Assembly: GCF_006345805.1 (NCBI RefSeq)
Contig: NC_043011.1
Location: 31,260,464-31,324,463 of the forward strand
From: Octopus sinensis
Lineage: Eukaryota
Length of the DNA stretch: 64,000 nt
Direction: 5' to 3'
Translations under genes and position numbers: made by a program
Notes under the pieces: model-generated
Database searches by the model: none
Told to the model about the DNA's origin: nothing
What the model saw: only the letters and a program-made list of their open reading frames with translations
Shown: piece by piece, positions 52,305 through 64,000 of the stretch
Numbering within the stretch: position 1 is the first letter of the stretch
Layout: every line of letters begins with the position of its first letter

Positions 52305-52890
52305 AGTTAGTTAGTTAGTTAATTTGGCTCAAAAGCAAATAGCAAGGCCATGTAGGGGGACATGGAGTTAAGTACAGGGTGGTGTTCATGTAAAGAGTTC
52401 AGGCCACTTGAGGTCAAGGGAGGCTTTGAACAAAGCGGTCGTCGGCATCTTCACCATCTCGTCTGGCAGCTTGTTCCACGGATCCGCAACCCGGACGGAG
52501 AAAGCTCCTCTCCTTCGATTGCGATGAAATCGTCGCAGGTAGAGCTTTTCGGAATGACCCCGCAGCCGACGCTCTGGAGCAGGAGTGAAGAACAGCTCTT
52601 TCGAGAGGTTACACTTTCCGCTTATGATGTTGTGGGCGAGAATGAGATCACCACGGCGGCGGCGTTTTTCAAGAGAATAAAGGTCGAGCGTCCTCAGCCT
52701 TTCTTCATAGGACAAATTTTTGAGACCATGAACCATGCGAGTAGCCAGCTTCTGGACTCTTTCGAGATGCTGTATGTCTTTGAGGAGATAAGGAGAAGAG
52801 GCTTGAACCCCGTACTCCAATATGGGTCTCACCAGCGTGACATAGAGTGGTAGGAATATGGCTGCTGTGAGCATTCCGAATGACCGTCAA
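52305..52890 (-). mobile_element. CR1-group LINE family 2, 5'-truncated 3' end with (TAAC)n tail
   Basis: ORF 52386-52874 (LVRPILEYG...LERVQKLATR...YEERL...RRRRGDLI...WNKLP); homologous to 54346-54930. Confidence 0.9.
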
Positions 52891-54345
52891 TGGGGCTCAT
52901 TTGTTGATTAGATCTAATTTCATTTAGCTCTTATATTTCAAACTCTTATTAATTTTGCCTGCCTATAACGACAGTCCCGAACAGCAAACAATAGGTTCAT
53001 TGCAGTCACTAGTTAAGCAGTTAAGAACAGAAACACCAATTATTATACGAGGGAGGTAATTCAAACGTCATAAACATCTTGACTACAAATGCTAACAGAT
53101 TTTGTGAGATGTGACTCCTTAGATCTGGGGTGCATTCATATTGCATTGTATTTGTTGGTCATCTGGAAGAGCATGTTGGTGACGGTCAAGTTGCACACAT
53201 GGCCTTCTTCCTGTGTGTACGCATCACACCTTCCCAGCCCGTGTAGTTACTTCCCTCTCTTGCAATGAAATTGCCAAATACCACAAACTTATCATTTGCA
53301 AGAGTAGAATTCACAATAGAATCAAGATACGCATAGAATCCTTTTTTTCAAAACTCAGAGTTGGTGAGGGTTAGGACACAGGCACTGATAATGGTAGTGT
53401 GCCAAAAGGAAGGGGTAAGGAACTGAAGATTCATCAAGCACTCATTTATGCTAACAGATATATCAGGCAGCTTTTGAAGTAGGCTATTCTAAATGATAAA
53501 TCCAAGTCATGTGTCATATCCTGAATGCCTTCGTCTTTGTCATCCCTCTTCCAAAACAATATGTCACTTCCTTCCAGTTCATATCAACTTATGACTCACC
53601 AAGAACAGCAATGTCAATCCTGTAGTGAGCCAATTGTCTTGCTATAAGGGTTGTTCTCTTCTGAGGTCTTCATGCAAGAGAATGCATGCAGTCCATATTC
53701 TGTCAATGTGTCCATAGCTGTCAATGTGATGTATTTATTTTCATCCACTGCTAGTGCCATGTAAAAAGCACCCAGCACACTCTATAAAGTGGTTGGCATG
53801 AGGAAAGAGCATCCAGCCATAGGAACCATGCCATAACAGACAATTAGTGCCTGGACAGTTTTCTCTGGCTGGCTTATCAAACCATCCAACCCATGCCAGC
53901 ATGGAAAACGGATGTTAAACAATGATGTTGATGATGATGCAGTTAAGTGTAAGATGCTGCTTGATTGCCCATTAGTTTTAAGGCAAGTCTTTGTCTCTTC
54001 TCTATTCAGATTGGCCATGCTGTTTCTAGAAAGGGCTGCTTAGTCATCTGGAACATGATGGATCTTCATTTCTGCTCTAAGTTTAATAAACTACAACTAT
54101 AGGTCCACAGACAGTCTACATGCTGGTTTAGAATTATGGCTGCTAATGGAAACCACTAGCTATTGCTTTTCCCTCATCCCTCATCATCATAGGAATTGCT
54201 CTCTTAAAAAGATGATACACAAAAAACAAAACAAAAAAAACCAGCACTGTAGGTGTAGGAGTGGCTGTGTGGTAAGTAGCTTGCTTATGAACCATATGGT
54301 TTCGGGTTCAATCTCACTGTGTGACACCTTGGCAAGTGTCTTCTA

Positions 54346-57300
54346 AGTTAAGTTAAGTTAATTTTTTGGCTCAAAAAGCAAAAAGCAAGGCCATGTAGGG
54401 GGACATGGAGTTATGTACAGGGAAGGTGTTCATGCAAAGAGTTCAGGCCATTTCTGGTCAAGAGAAACTTTGAACCGAGCGGTCGTCGGCATCTTCACTA
54501 TCTCGTCCGGCAGCTTATTCCACGGATCTGCAACCCAGACGGAGAAAGCCCCTCTCCTTCGATTGAGATGAAATCATCGCAGATAGAGCTTTTCGGAGTG
54601 ATCCTGCAGCCGACGCTCTGGAGCAGGAGTGAAGAACAGCTTTTTCGAGAGGTTACACTTTCCGCTTATGATGTTGTGAGCAAGAATGAGATCACCATGG
54701 CGGCGGCGTTTTTCTAGAGAATAAAGGTCAAGCGTCTTCAGCCTTTCTTCATAAGACAAATTCTTCAGACCAAGAACAATGCGGGTAGCCAGCTTCTGGA
54801 CTCTTTCGAGATGATGTTTGTCTTTGAGGAGATAAGGAGAAGAGGCTTGAATCCCGTATTCCAATATGGGTCTCACCAGCATGACAAAGCGGTAGGATTA
54901 TGGCTGCTGTGAGCATTCCGAATGACCGTCGAATCAAAAACAGAACTCTGCATGCTTTGTTGGCAGCATGGACGCACTAAGCCAAAGGTGAAAAGGAAGA
55001 ATCCACCAAGATGCCCAGGTCCTTTACCTGGTCGGTCCTCTCCAGTAGCAGACGACCTGGCTCGAAATCAAGTTGAGTTCCAGGAGAAGAGCCAACAGGC
55101 AGATGACAGCACTTTGGCACGTTCAGACACAGGTCCCATTCGTTAGACTATCTCCAAACTTGGTGGAGGCATTAACGAAGATCATCTATATCACCGCGAG
55201 GAGCGACCAGTTTGACATCATCGGCAAATAGAAGGGTGTGTTGCGTGAGGTCGTCGGGCAAGTCATTTATGAAGACTAAAAACAATAAGGGCCCAAGCAC
55301 TGAACCTTGAGGCATACCACTGCTCGCACTGGAGACGTCGGACAGCGAACCGTTAACTTGGACTTGGAAGGAGCGATCTGAGAGGAAGGCACCAACCTAT
55401 CGTACAATATCCGGATTGAAACTATATGCTTGAAGCTTGACAAGTAATAGGCGGTGGTTAACCGAGTCAAAAGCTTTGGCAAAGTCCAATAAAACGATGT
55501 CAACAGCATCACCATCATCCAGGATACGCGTCACCAATTCTTCCATTACCAGTAAGTTGGTCAAGCATGATCTCTTCGGCATGAAGCCATGTTGGGAATC
55601 AGAGATAGAAGCTGTGTTTTGGAGGTGGAGCAACATACTTTTCTTAAGGATGGTTTCGAATATCTTGCTGATTATTGAAGTAAGGGAAACCGGTCGGTAG
55701 TTAAGCGGGTCTTTGCGGCTCCCTTTCTTGAAAATTGGGCAGATTATTGCCGTTCTCCAGTCTGCAGGTATAACACCCGTCGCCAATGACATATTGAATA
55801 GAAGTGTTAAAGGTTCACAGATGACCGGAGCCAACTCTTTGATAACCCGTGGGTGTATGCTGTCAGGGCTGTGAACCTTGTTGACATCGAGGCCTTGAAT
55901 AACGCGTTTGACTTCGTCCCGAATGATGACCAATCTAGGCATTGGAGGTACCGATCTATCAAATGGAGGGGGTTCATGACCATCATCTTGTTTGAAAATT
56001 GTTGAAAAAGCCTCGGCAAATAACTGACTCTGCTGATAAGGGTCCTCAATTGATACGCTTGTTGAGTCTACCAACGTTGCAATTTGGTTGTTCAAGCAGG
56101 AATTCCATTGGACATGGGCAAAGAACGTTTTTGGATTGTGACTGGCGTTTGCCACGATTCTGTATTCATATCTGAAATGTTCTTCTTTTTCAATTTTCAC
56201 AGCTCAATCTCGTTGAGTTTTGTACACCTCAAAAGCTGCAGTTGAATCTAGATTTTTGAATTCAGCCCAAGCAATATCTCTGAGTCGAAGTTCTTGTTTA
56301 ACCTTCCTCGTCACCCAGGGCTTGTGTTTCTTCTTCTTGGGAAGCCCAATGGGAACTGCTTGGTCAGTCAACCAGATTACATATGCTTTGAGGGACGACC
56401 ATAGTTCGTCAACTGAGGACATCGTCATCAGGGATCACCAGTCCAAAGCGCGGAAGCCTCTGTTAGAATTTCAAGATTGATTGCAGAGAAGACTCTACGT
56501 GGCAGCGAAGTAGTCGTGGGCATAGAAAAAGTTGTGTGCATGTCGAACTTCAGGACCGCATGATCACTCTTGGCAAGAGGTGCGCACACAGATATGTCTG
56601 ACACTGATCTTGGATAGCGGGAGAATACCAGATCCAGCATAGATGGCTGCTGCCCAGACCGATGCCTTGTCGGATATTCAACATGTTGCGATAGAAAACA
56701 ATCTTCAGCCACGTCAAGAAGGGCCTGGCTGAACCGGGAAGATGATGTACAAATTGATGAGGGCCAGTCGATCATGGAAGCGTTGAAGTCTCCTAATATC
56801 AAACAGTCATGAGAAGCTGAAACAAATCTTATCACTTCGAGTAAATGAGCATCGTCCTGGGGGTTGGCAAGAGGTGGCCTGTAGACAGCTAACACGGGCA
56901 GGCAAAACCCGGATAGGCTCAGCTTGCAATAGACGACATCGAATTTTGTTGTAGGTTGAATTTTGTTGTAGTGGGTAGAATACCGCTGGACGGTTTGAGA
57001 TCAGATTTAACATACACAGCAACACCTCCACGTCGCCTTTTTTCTCTGTCACATCTGAAGAGGGCGTAGCCCTGTATGTAGATTCCCGAGTCCTTTACTG
57101 CTGGAGTCAGCCAAGTCTCGGTGATAGCTATCACATCTGGGGAATCACGCATGGCCAGTGTAAATAGTTCGCTGAACTTTGGAAATAAGGAGCACGAGTT
57201 GGTATAGACGATGCTCGCATGGCCAGTGTAAATAATTTGCTGAACTTTGGAAATAAGGAGCACAAGTTGGTATAGATGATGCTGAGCTGTGAAGTTTGAG

Positions 57301-57938
57301 GGGCAGGAATTAGGGAACAAGCAGAATAAGGGGTATCAGAGATAGCATCATTGTTGGGGGTATCTACTTTACTTCGATTCGCCCTCGATTCACTTTCCCT
57401 GTCAGCACTACAGCATGCAACCAGAGGTAGGACATGATTATTTGTCCATCTTGGATGCGTAAACCCTTCTCTCCCATCTGTTTTCTCATCTTCAGTTCGG
57501 ATATTAGGTTTCTCCAGCGAATTCTCTCTCTCAGTGAGTATTCCTCTCGAAAACCCATATTGGGGTCCTCCCAGGCATGCTTCTGAGCTCTGTTCAGAAA
57601 GGTTGAAGCCTTCTGATCGGAAGAAAAGATTACTCTTATTGGGCGTGGTCTAGTGTCTGAGGTTGAGTTCACTTGGAATCTTCCTAGCCGAGCGACCTTA
57701 TGGATACTGACATTTTCGTTGACAGAGAACAATTCTCCAACTAAAACGGAAACAAAATTTATGTCATCTTTTAGGCGGTTTATGCCTGTATCACCGGTGG
57801 ATTCAGCTTTACCATAAATGATTGCTGATCTTGAGTGGGTAAAATGGTCTTTCTGTTCTCTCCTGTGAACTGCGGCATTCGATTCTTCATCGGATAATTT
57901 AGAAAGGGCAGTTTCGTAGCCGTCAGACTTACGTAGGC
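54346..57938 (-). mobile_element. Near-full-length CR1-group LINE family 2 (ORF1 RRM-like, APE, RT), decayed, nested in a SINE
   Basis: ORF1 57364-~57938 (AIIYG.AES, RLGR, RPRPIRVIF, ELKMR..GEKGLRI), EN motifs IAITETW, GDFNA, LDLVF and SDH, RT 55397-56200, then PQGSVLGP and FADD. ~69-bp tandem duplication at ~57148-57285. Confidence 0.92.
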
Positions 57939-59334
57939 CTACTGTAGCCTCAGGCCGACCAAAGCCTTGTGAGTGGATTTGGTAGACGAAAATTGAAAGA
58001 AGCCCGTCGTATATATGTATATGTGTGTTAGTGTGTGTGTGTTTGTGTGTCTGTGTTTGTCTCCCCAACATCGCTTGACAACTGGTGTGTTTACGTCCCC
58101 GTAACTTAGCGGTTCGGTAAAAGAGACTGATAGAATAAGTACTAGGCTTACAAAGAATAAGTCCTGGCGTTGATTTGCTCGACTAAAGGCGATGCTCCAG
58201 CATGGTCACAGTCAAATGACTGAAACAAATAAAAGAGTAAAAGAGTAAAGCGTACTGGAAGATTGTGAAGAAATGGCTGTAACATGAAAGCAACCCTGTC
58301 ATTCATTTAGACACAAAAATCTGGCTCCATTGGCACAGAAGTGTGTTACATCTGGTAACTTCCTCTGTTGTAGTGATATGCTCTGATTTACCCTCCATAC
58401 TCCAGGTGTATTGCTTTTATGCCCTTACATATATTCCACACTCAGGTGTGTTGCAGAGTCATCTTCCTAGCCATTGAACCTTAATTCATTTCCCTGCTTG
58501 GTCCATGGGATTACTTTTCACAATCTTGAATTAACAAATCTTAATTTCACCAGTAATTCTAAATGTGTCAGTAACTCTTGCCTAGATTACCCAGTCAGTC
58601 AAAACTGTTGTCCATTATGTGACTGCTGTTACATGCAAACAGTGACTTGGAGCTATTGGTGAGAACTGATAGTCAGGTAGAGATCAAAGCAGGCTGCTCC
58701 AAACCCCCATCCATGTTTATCTGTTGGAGCGACAATGACCATCTGGTCATCCTTAAGGATTTTCTGGTAGCTTGAGTGGTGACTTTGTTTAAAGTGAAGA
58801 AGAGTTGTACACTGTCAACCTCATTCTCTCCTCTGGGCCATTTTCAATCCAGTATCAGTCTACTCTGCAGGGTGGTTGATGTTAGGAAGGGCATCCAGTT
58901 GTAAAAACCCTGCCAAAACAGACACAGCAGCCTAGAGTAGTCTTCTACCTGACTGGCTCCAGTCAAACTGTTCAACCTATGGCAGCATGGAAGGTGAACA
59001 TTAAATGATGATGATGGCAAGACCAGGTCAAGATGATTGGGGGATGGTGACTGATACAGTGGATGACCAACATGTCTTACTTACCTCAGCTTGCTCTCTG
59101 CACTCCATAATGCATTGCTGCAACCACCTCACCCTCGGTTGAACCATGAAGGTTTCTTCTGCAGATCCATTTGGATCCAGTCTTCACATGCAGAAGTTTA
59201 CCTACTCCAAACTACTCTAAAGGATTACAGGTAAGTTCACTGCCATCAATTCACCCTGAAGAAAGTTCACCGAGAAAATATATCCACAGTATCTCACTAT
59301 TAATAGTTAAAAAAAAAATTTATTAAAAATAATG

Positions 59335-59500
59335 GTGAATTGATGAAGATGACCTTTTCCAGCAGTTAATTGATGATGGTAAACTTACCCTGTTGTGAAT
59401 TGTTGATGGAGCAGCAAATTGATAATGGTAAACTTACCCTACAGTGAATTGATGACGGTGAACTTACCCTACAGTGAATTAATGACGGTGAACTTACCAG
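59335..59500 (+). repeat. ~30-bp minisatellite (gaattgatgacggtgaacttaccctacagt), with an inverted copy at ~59231-59254
   Basis: About 5 degenerate units are visible. Confidence 0.75.
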
Positions 59501-59593
59501 ATAAGACTCCAAAGAGCATGACATGGTCGTCTATAAGAAGTGCTACTTCTCCTTGACATTCTAAGCTGATATCAATTTGTTTCACTGTTTCAG

Positions 59594-59679
59594 GTCCACA
59601 GTTTGATGATATTGGCCGGTTAATACCACACTCTATAGCTGGAACTTATGAAGATTTCTGTACAATAGCTATTAAAAAT
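59594..59679 (+). CDS. MYCBPAP: Candidate exon of MYCBPAP-like gene
   Basis: tgtttcag acceptor and gtaaga donor; encodes (G)PQFDDIGRLIPHSIAGTYEDFCTIAIKN. This resembles the GPRFD..G.I.PHSILG..EDF motif I recall from MYCBPAP orthologues (not database-verified). Confidence 0.65.
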
Positions 59680-59820
59680 GTAAGAACCTTATTAATATTA
59701 TAAATACAATAATTATTTATTCGTTTATTACATTTTTGTAAAAATTATATAATTTATCTGTTTGATATGTATATATATATATAAATAGAAAAAAAATATA
59801 TATGTATATATATGCATATA

Positions 59821-59864
<44 letters not shown>

Positions 59865-59895
59865 AAAAAATTATATATGTATACACATGCATATA

Positions 59896-59965
<70 letters not shown>

Positions 59966-60268
59966 AATCACGTGACCGACCAGGCTATCAGATGTTGCTA
60001 CACATCGCTGGTCACAATGTGCTTCGCATTGTTTTAGCCTTCAAATGATGCCACCCTGCTGGCTAAGTGATCAGGCCTACAGAAGAAAGTGAGAGAAAAA
60101 GTTGTGGCAAAAGAGTACAGCAGGCATCACCACCACCCTCTGCCGGAGCCTCATGGAGCTTTAGGTGTTTTCGCTCAATAAACACTCGCAATGCCCAGTC
60201 TGGGAATCAAAACCCTAACCAGTCTGCTGCCCTAACCATTAGGCCATTGCACCTCCCATATATATATA

Positions 60269-60323
<55 letters not shown>

Positions 60324-60411
60324 CATATATATACATATATATAAGAATTTTTTGCATAATAAGATAAAAAAACCAAGGCTGTGTAGATATTAGAGCATTT
60401 ATAGATAGAAG

Positions 60412-60463
60412 GTCTTACAGCTGTTTCTAGGATATTTATTAATTATATCCCTTCATCAGAGAT
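60412..60463 (-). ncRNA. Minimal type I hammerhead ribozyme motif (inverted partner)
   Basis: Minus strand reads ATCT-CTGATGA-A GGGATAT..ATATCCT A-GAAAC-AGCT-GTA-AGAC. Confidence 0.68.
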
Positions 60464-60538
60464 GGTGTGAGAGGATAGTTAAGTCATTGTTAGTTTATCA
60501 CATCTAAACTAACTCTGACTAAACCATCCTCTCACACT

Positions 60539-60590
60539 GTCTCTGATGAAGAGATATAACTAATAAATATCCTAGAAACAGCTGTAAGAC
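60539..60590 (+). ncRNA. Minimal type I hammerhead ribozyme motif
   Basis: GTCT-CTGATGA-A GAGATAT..ATATCCT A-GAAAC-AGCT-GTA-AGAC: helix I GTCT/AGAC, canonical CUGAUGA, palindromic ACAGCTGT helix III. Predicted cleavage after 60586. Confidence 0.72.
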
Positions 60591-60799
60591 CTTCTATCTA
60601 TAAATGCTCTAATATCTACACAGCCTTGGTTTTTTATCCTATTACGCAAAAATTCTTATATACACACGCTGACATGGAACCAATGTTGAACCCTTTATTC
60701 GCAATATTACCGAATCTGGAACTTAACTATGGTCTGTCTATAGCACTTATTCAGCATTACCTGACGTCTCAATGACACCATTATCTCTTATACATACAT

Positions 60800-60886
<87 letters not shown>

Positions 60887-60915
60887 ATATGTATATATAT
60901 ATGTATATATGTATA

Positions 60916-60972
<57 letters not shown>

Positions 60973-61764
60973 ATATATATATATATATATATTATATATA
61001 ATATATATATATATAAACATCTTTTAAATTGCATTTTCAAACCTTCTTTCGTATATAATTCCACTTGTGCGGTACCCCACAACTCCACTTTGATATATAT
61101 ATATATATATTTAGAGTTATTGTAAAAGTTATTCTGCAATTTAATCTCTTTGAGATAGTTTTGTTCCGTTTGGATGAAATAAATATTTACCAACATAAAA
61201 TTCTATAGAGATATAAATAGCAAATAATTCTGACTATTTCTATGGGGGAATTAACTCATCCACTTTTTGTATGAAAGGCATAACACATTGGCGATGTCAA
61301 AGTTAGTATTCACGACTGTTTGGATAAAGATAAGGAATTCAATGTTTAAATAAATTCACCTACTTTTTTGAATTCCAGAATTTTCCAGTCCCCAAATGTG
61401 ACGATGTTATAAGCAGCCCAGATTTGTCATCTATTGACAGCACTAGATCATTTCAACAACCAATGGCTGATTCCCTAGCACTATGTAACTGGTACCAAAG
61501 AAATGTGGATCAAAAGCAACAGCAACTTTATCTCAGCCGTAAGTTTGCCCAAAGCCTTCCTTGTTCTTACAAACATCAATGATCCACATCATTATCAAAC
61601 CGCCTACAGGGCTCTACTCTGGATTTCTTTGAAGGTTGTCTCTTTTCTGTAACCCTGGATAGGAGTCCCATACCGGGTACTGTCAGCCGGAGCCAGCTGA
61701 GCCGGGACTTGTGTTAGGCAGGGTCATCACTCCCTGAAGTAATGAAGAAAATCACTACCCACTA

Positions 61765-61797
<33 letters not shown>

Positions 61798-62410
61798 TCA
61801 TCATCATCATCATCATCGTTTAACGTCCGTTTTCCGCGCTAGCATGGGTTGGATGGTTTGACCGGGGTCTGGGGAGCAGGGACTGCCCCAGGCTCCAGTC
61901 TGACGATCGGTTATTGCCTTTTTTCGTTGCATTGCGGCAGGGGGGAGGGTTCCGGCAGAGAGGAGAGAGGGAGAGAGAGTGGGGGGGGGTGCATGTAATA
62001 TAGGGGAGCACCAGTGGGGAAGGTTTGGGGTAAAGAGAAATGATGACAGGTAGGGTTGGTGGCAGGTTCTAGACAGAATGAAAAGTAGGAAGTAAAACGT
62101 AGGATATCACGAGTGGGGGAGGGGGCTGGAAGGAGATAGCCGGTTGAGGCAGTGACACATTTCAAAACAGGATGAACATAAGATAACAGGTTAAGTGGGA
62201 CGTTTGATGAGCTGCAGCGCTAGCTGCTTCTGTCCAGGGGGAGAGAGGCAGAGGTAAAATACATAGTGAGAAAGTATATTGAGGAGGAGGGGTAGGAGGA
62301 ACAGACACACGTAGTGGTGGCGGTGGTAGAGGGAATATCCGGTGAGGATGGTGTAAACAGAGTGTTCTCCGGTATGGGTGGTGGGGGTGGGAGGGCGGGC
62401 GAACCGCGAA

Positions 62411-63069
62411 CGAATGGCGGGCTGCGAAGATTTTGATTGGGGACAGTAGACTTAAAACAATCGGGGTTTGAAGAAATGAACAGAGTAACGAACAAATTAA
62501 CTTGGTACCGAGGGGTTAAACAAATTAAAGGGTTATATTTTAAGAACAAGCAGAATTAGTGAATAGATTCGAACATTTAAGGGTTAGCGGCAAATGTATG
62601 TGTGTAGTACAAGAGTCGGAAGAAATGAAATGAGAATTCTTAGCTTGCTTGCTATGATCATCGCTGTGTGGTCAAGAAAGGGTGAATGAAAGAGAAGCAC
62701 ACGAGGTGATTATTTATATAGGTTCACCGGAAGTGGGTTGGAAAGACGGAAGTTTTGATTGAAAGTAATGGCGGAGGACGAACGAAATATCTTCATACCG
62801 AGGCATTTTAAAAAGATTTAAGAATTTTGAGGAGGAAAGAACACGCAGGTTAGCGAATGGCGGGCTGCGAGATTTTGATTGGGGACAGTAGACTTAAAAC
62901 AATCGGGGTTTGAAGAAATGAACAGAGTAACGAACAAATTAACTTGGTACCGAGGGGTTAAACAAATTAAAGGGTTATATTTTAAGAACAAGCAGAATTA
63001 GTGAATAGATTCGAACATTTAAGGGTTAGCGGCAAATGTATATGTGTAGTACAAGAGTCGGAAGAAATG

Positions 63070-63073
<4 letters not shown>
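62411..63073. repeat. Pair of near-identical ~221-bp direct repeats (62411-62631, 62854-63073)
   Basis: Direct alignment by eye shows one indel and one substitution; 222-bp unique spacer. Confidence 0.9.
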
Positions 63074-63111
<38 letters not shown>

Positions 63112-64000
63112 TATATATAGTTACTTTTTTGGGGTTGGTTGTTTGTGCCTGTGTCTGTGTTTTTCAATGTATAGACAATGCAACACAAACTTTAGAAAAA
63201 GTACAATTTATGAAGGTATGTGCATGATTAACTAACATTTTTACAATGGGTAACGACCTAGAATTTCATAATTAAACATTAATATTCAGCACTCATGTTC
63301 TTTAAATATCCTCGAAATCATGCCAGATATACAGAATAACATACTTTCTCAAATTATGGCACTGTACCACCACTGGTGGATATGGCATTTGAGTGAAAAT
63401 TGTGGTGAATTACTTGTGGTACATGTGGCAGTTAATGTGTTAATATTTCTGTTCCTTGGTGGAGGCACGGGGCTTAGTGTTTAGGGTGTCGGACACATGA
63501 TTGTAAGATTGTGGTTTTGAATCCTGGACCAGGCAATGTGCTGTGTTCTTGAGCAATTCACATGGCTCCTGTTCACTCAGCCGGCAAAAATGAGTAATCC
63601 TGTGACAGACCAGTGTCCCATCTGGCTTGGTGGGGAATTTATACACCATAGAAAGTGGGAAACTGGCACTTATGAGTTGGGATGACTCGAGAAGATAACT
63701 TTACTTTTATCTTTACTTGTTTTCTGCTGACATGGCTTGGGGGCAGTTTGACAGGATCTGATGGGCTCAAGGATTGCATCCTGCTCCAGAGTCTACTTTG
63801 GCATGGTTTTTTTTACAGCTGGATATTTTTCCTAACTCATGTCACTTTACAGCATGTACTGGGTGCTTTTTCTCTGCTACTGGCACAAGTAAGGTCACCC
63901 TGCAGCTTGCAAGATTACAAAACCTGTTGGGATGGTATGGGATGTAATTAAACAGCAACATTAATGCTGCCTGCTTGCTTTAGGGCCATTTGTAAGAATG

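Larger units (their letters stand above)
60341..60660. mobile_element. ~320-bp non-autonomous hairpin element (inverted arms ~140 bp, short spacer), probably Penelope-derived
   Basis: 60341-~60478 is the near-perfect reverse complement of ~60521-60660. It follows a (TA)n tract, and each arm carries a hammerhead motif. Confidence 0.8.

Overview
Eukaryotic, AT-rich, repeat-dense animal genomic DNA, most consistent with an octopus (cephalopod). This rests on its SINE families, its (TA)n tracts and a mollusc-like CPEB sequence, recognised from memory with no database search. Two host genes are supportable, both on the + strand. The first is a complete, compact 11-exon CPEB1/Orb-type gene (15893-20405, about 490 aa, RRM1-RRM2-ZZ) that the ORF track mostly misses. 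The second is three widely spaced exons (33.8, 46.2 and 59.6 kb) of a probable MYCBPAP-like gene with 12-13 kb TE-filled introns. The rest is transposable elements: several tRNA-derived SINE families, LINE relics of the R4/Dong, Tx1, RTE and CR1 groups, a Penelope-like element with inverted terminal repeats, mariner relics and MITEs, fold-back palindromes and microsatellites. Most ORF-track entries are microsatellite or antisense artefacts. The most notable hidden structure is a set of minimal hammerhead-ribozyme motifs with palindromic helix III. They include a U3:A8 core variant in the Penelope terminal repeat and a back-to-back pair inside a 320-bp hairpin element. Also notable are apparent SINE-LINE 3'-tail partnerships (CORE-SINE with CR1, and a possible Meta-type SINE with a Tx1 element associated with (TTA)n). 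Ribozyme activity, splicing and family assignments are predictions and untested.
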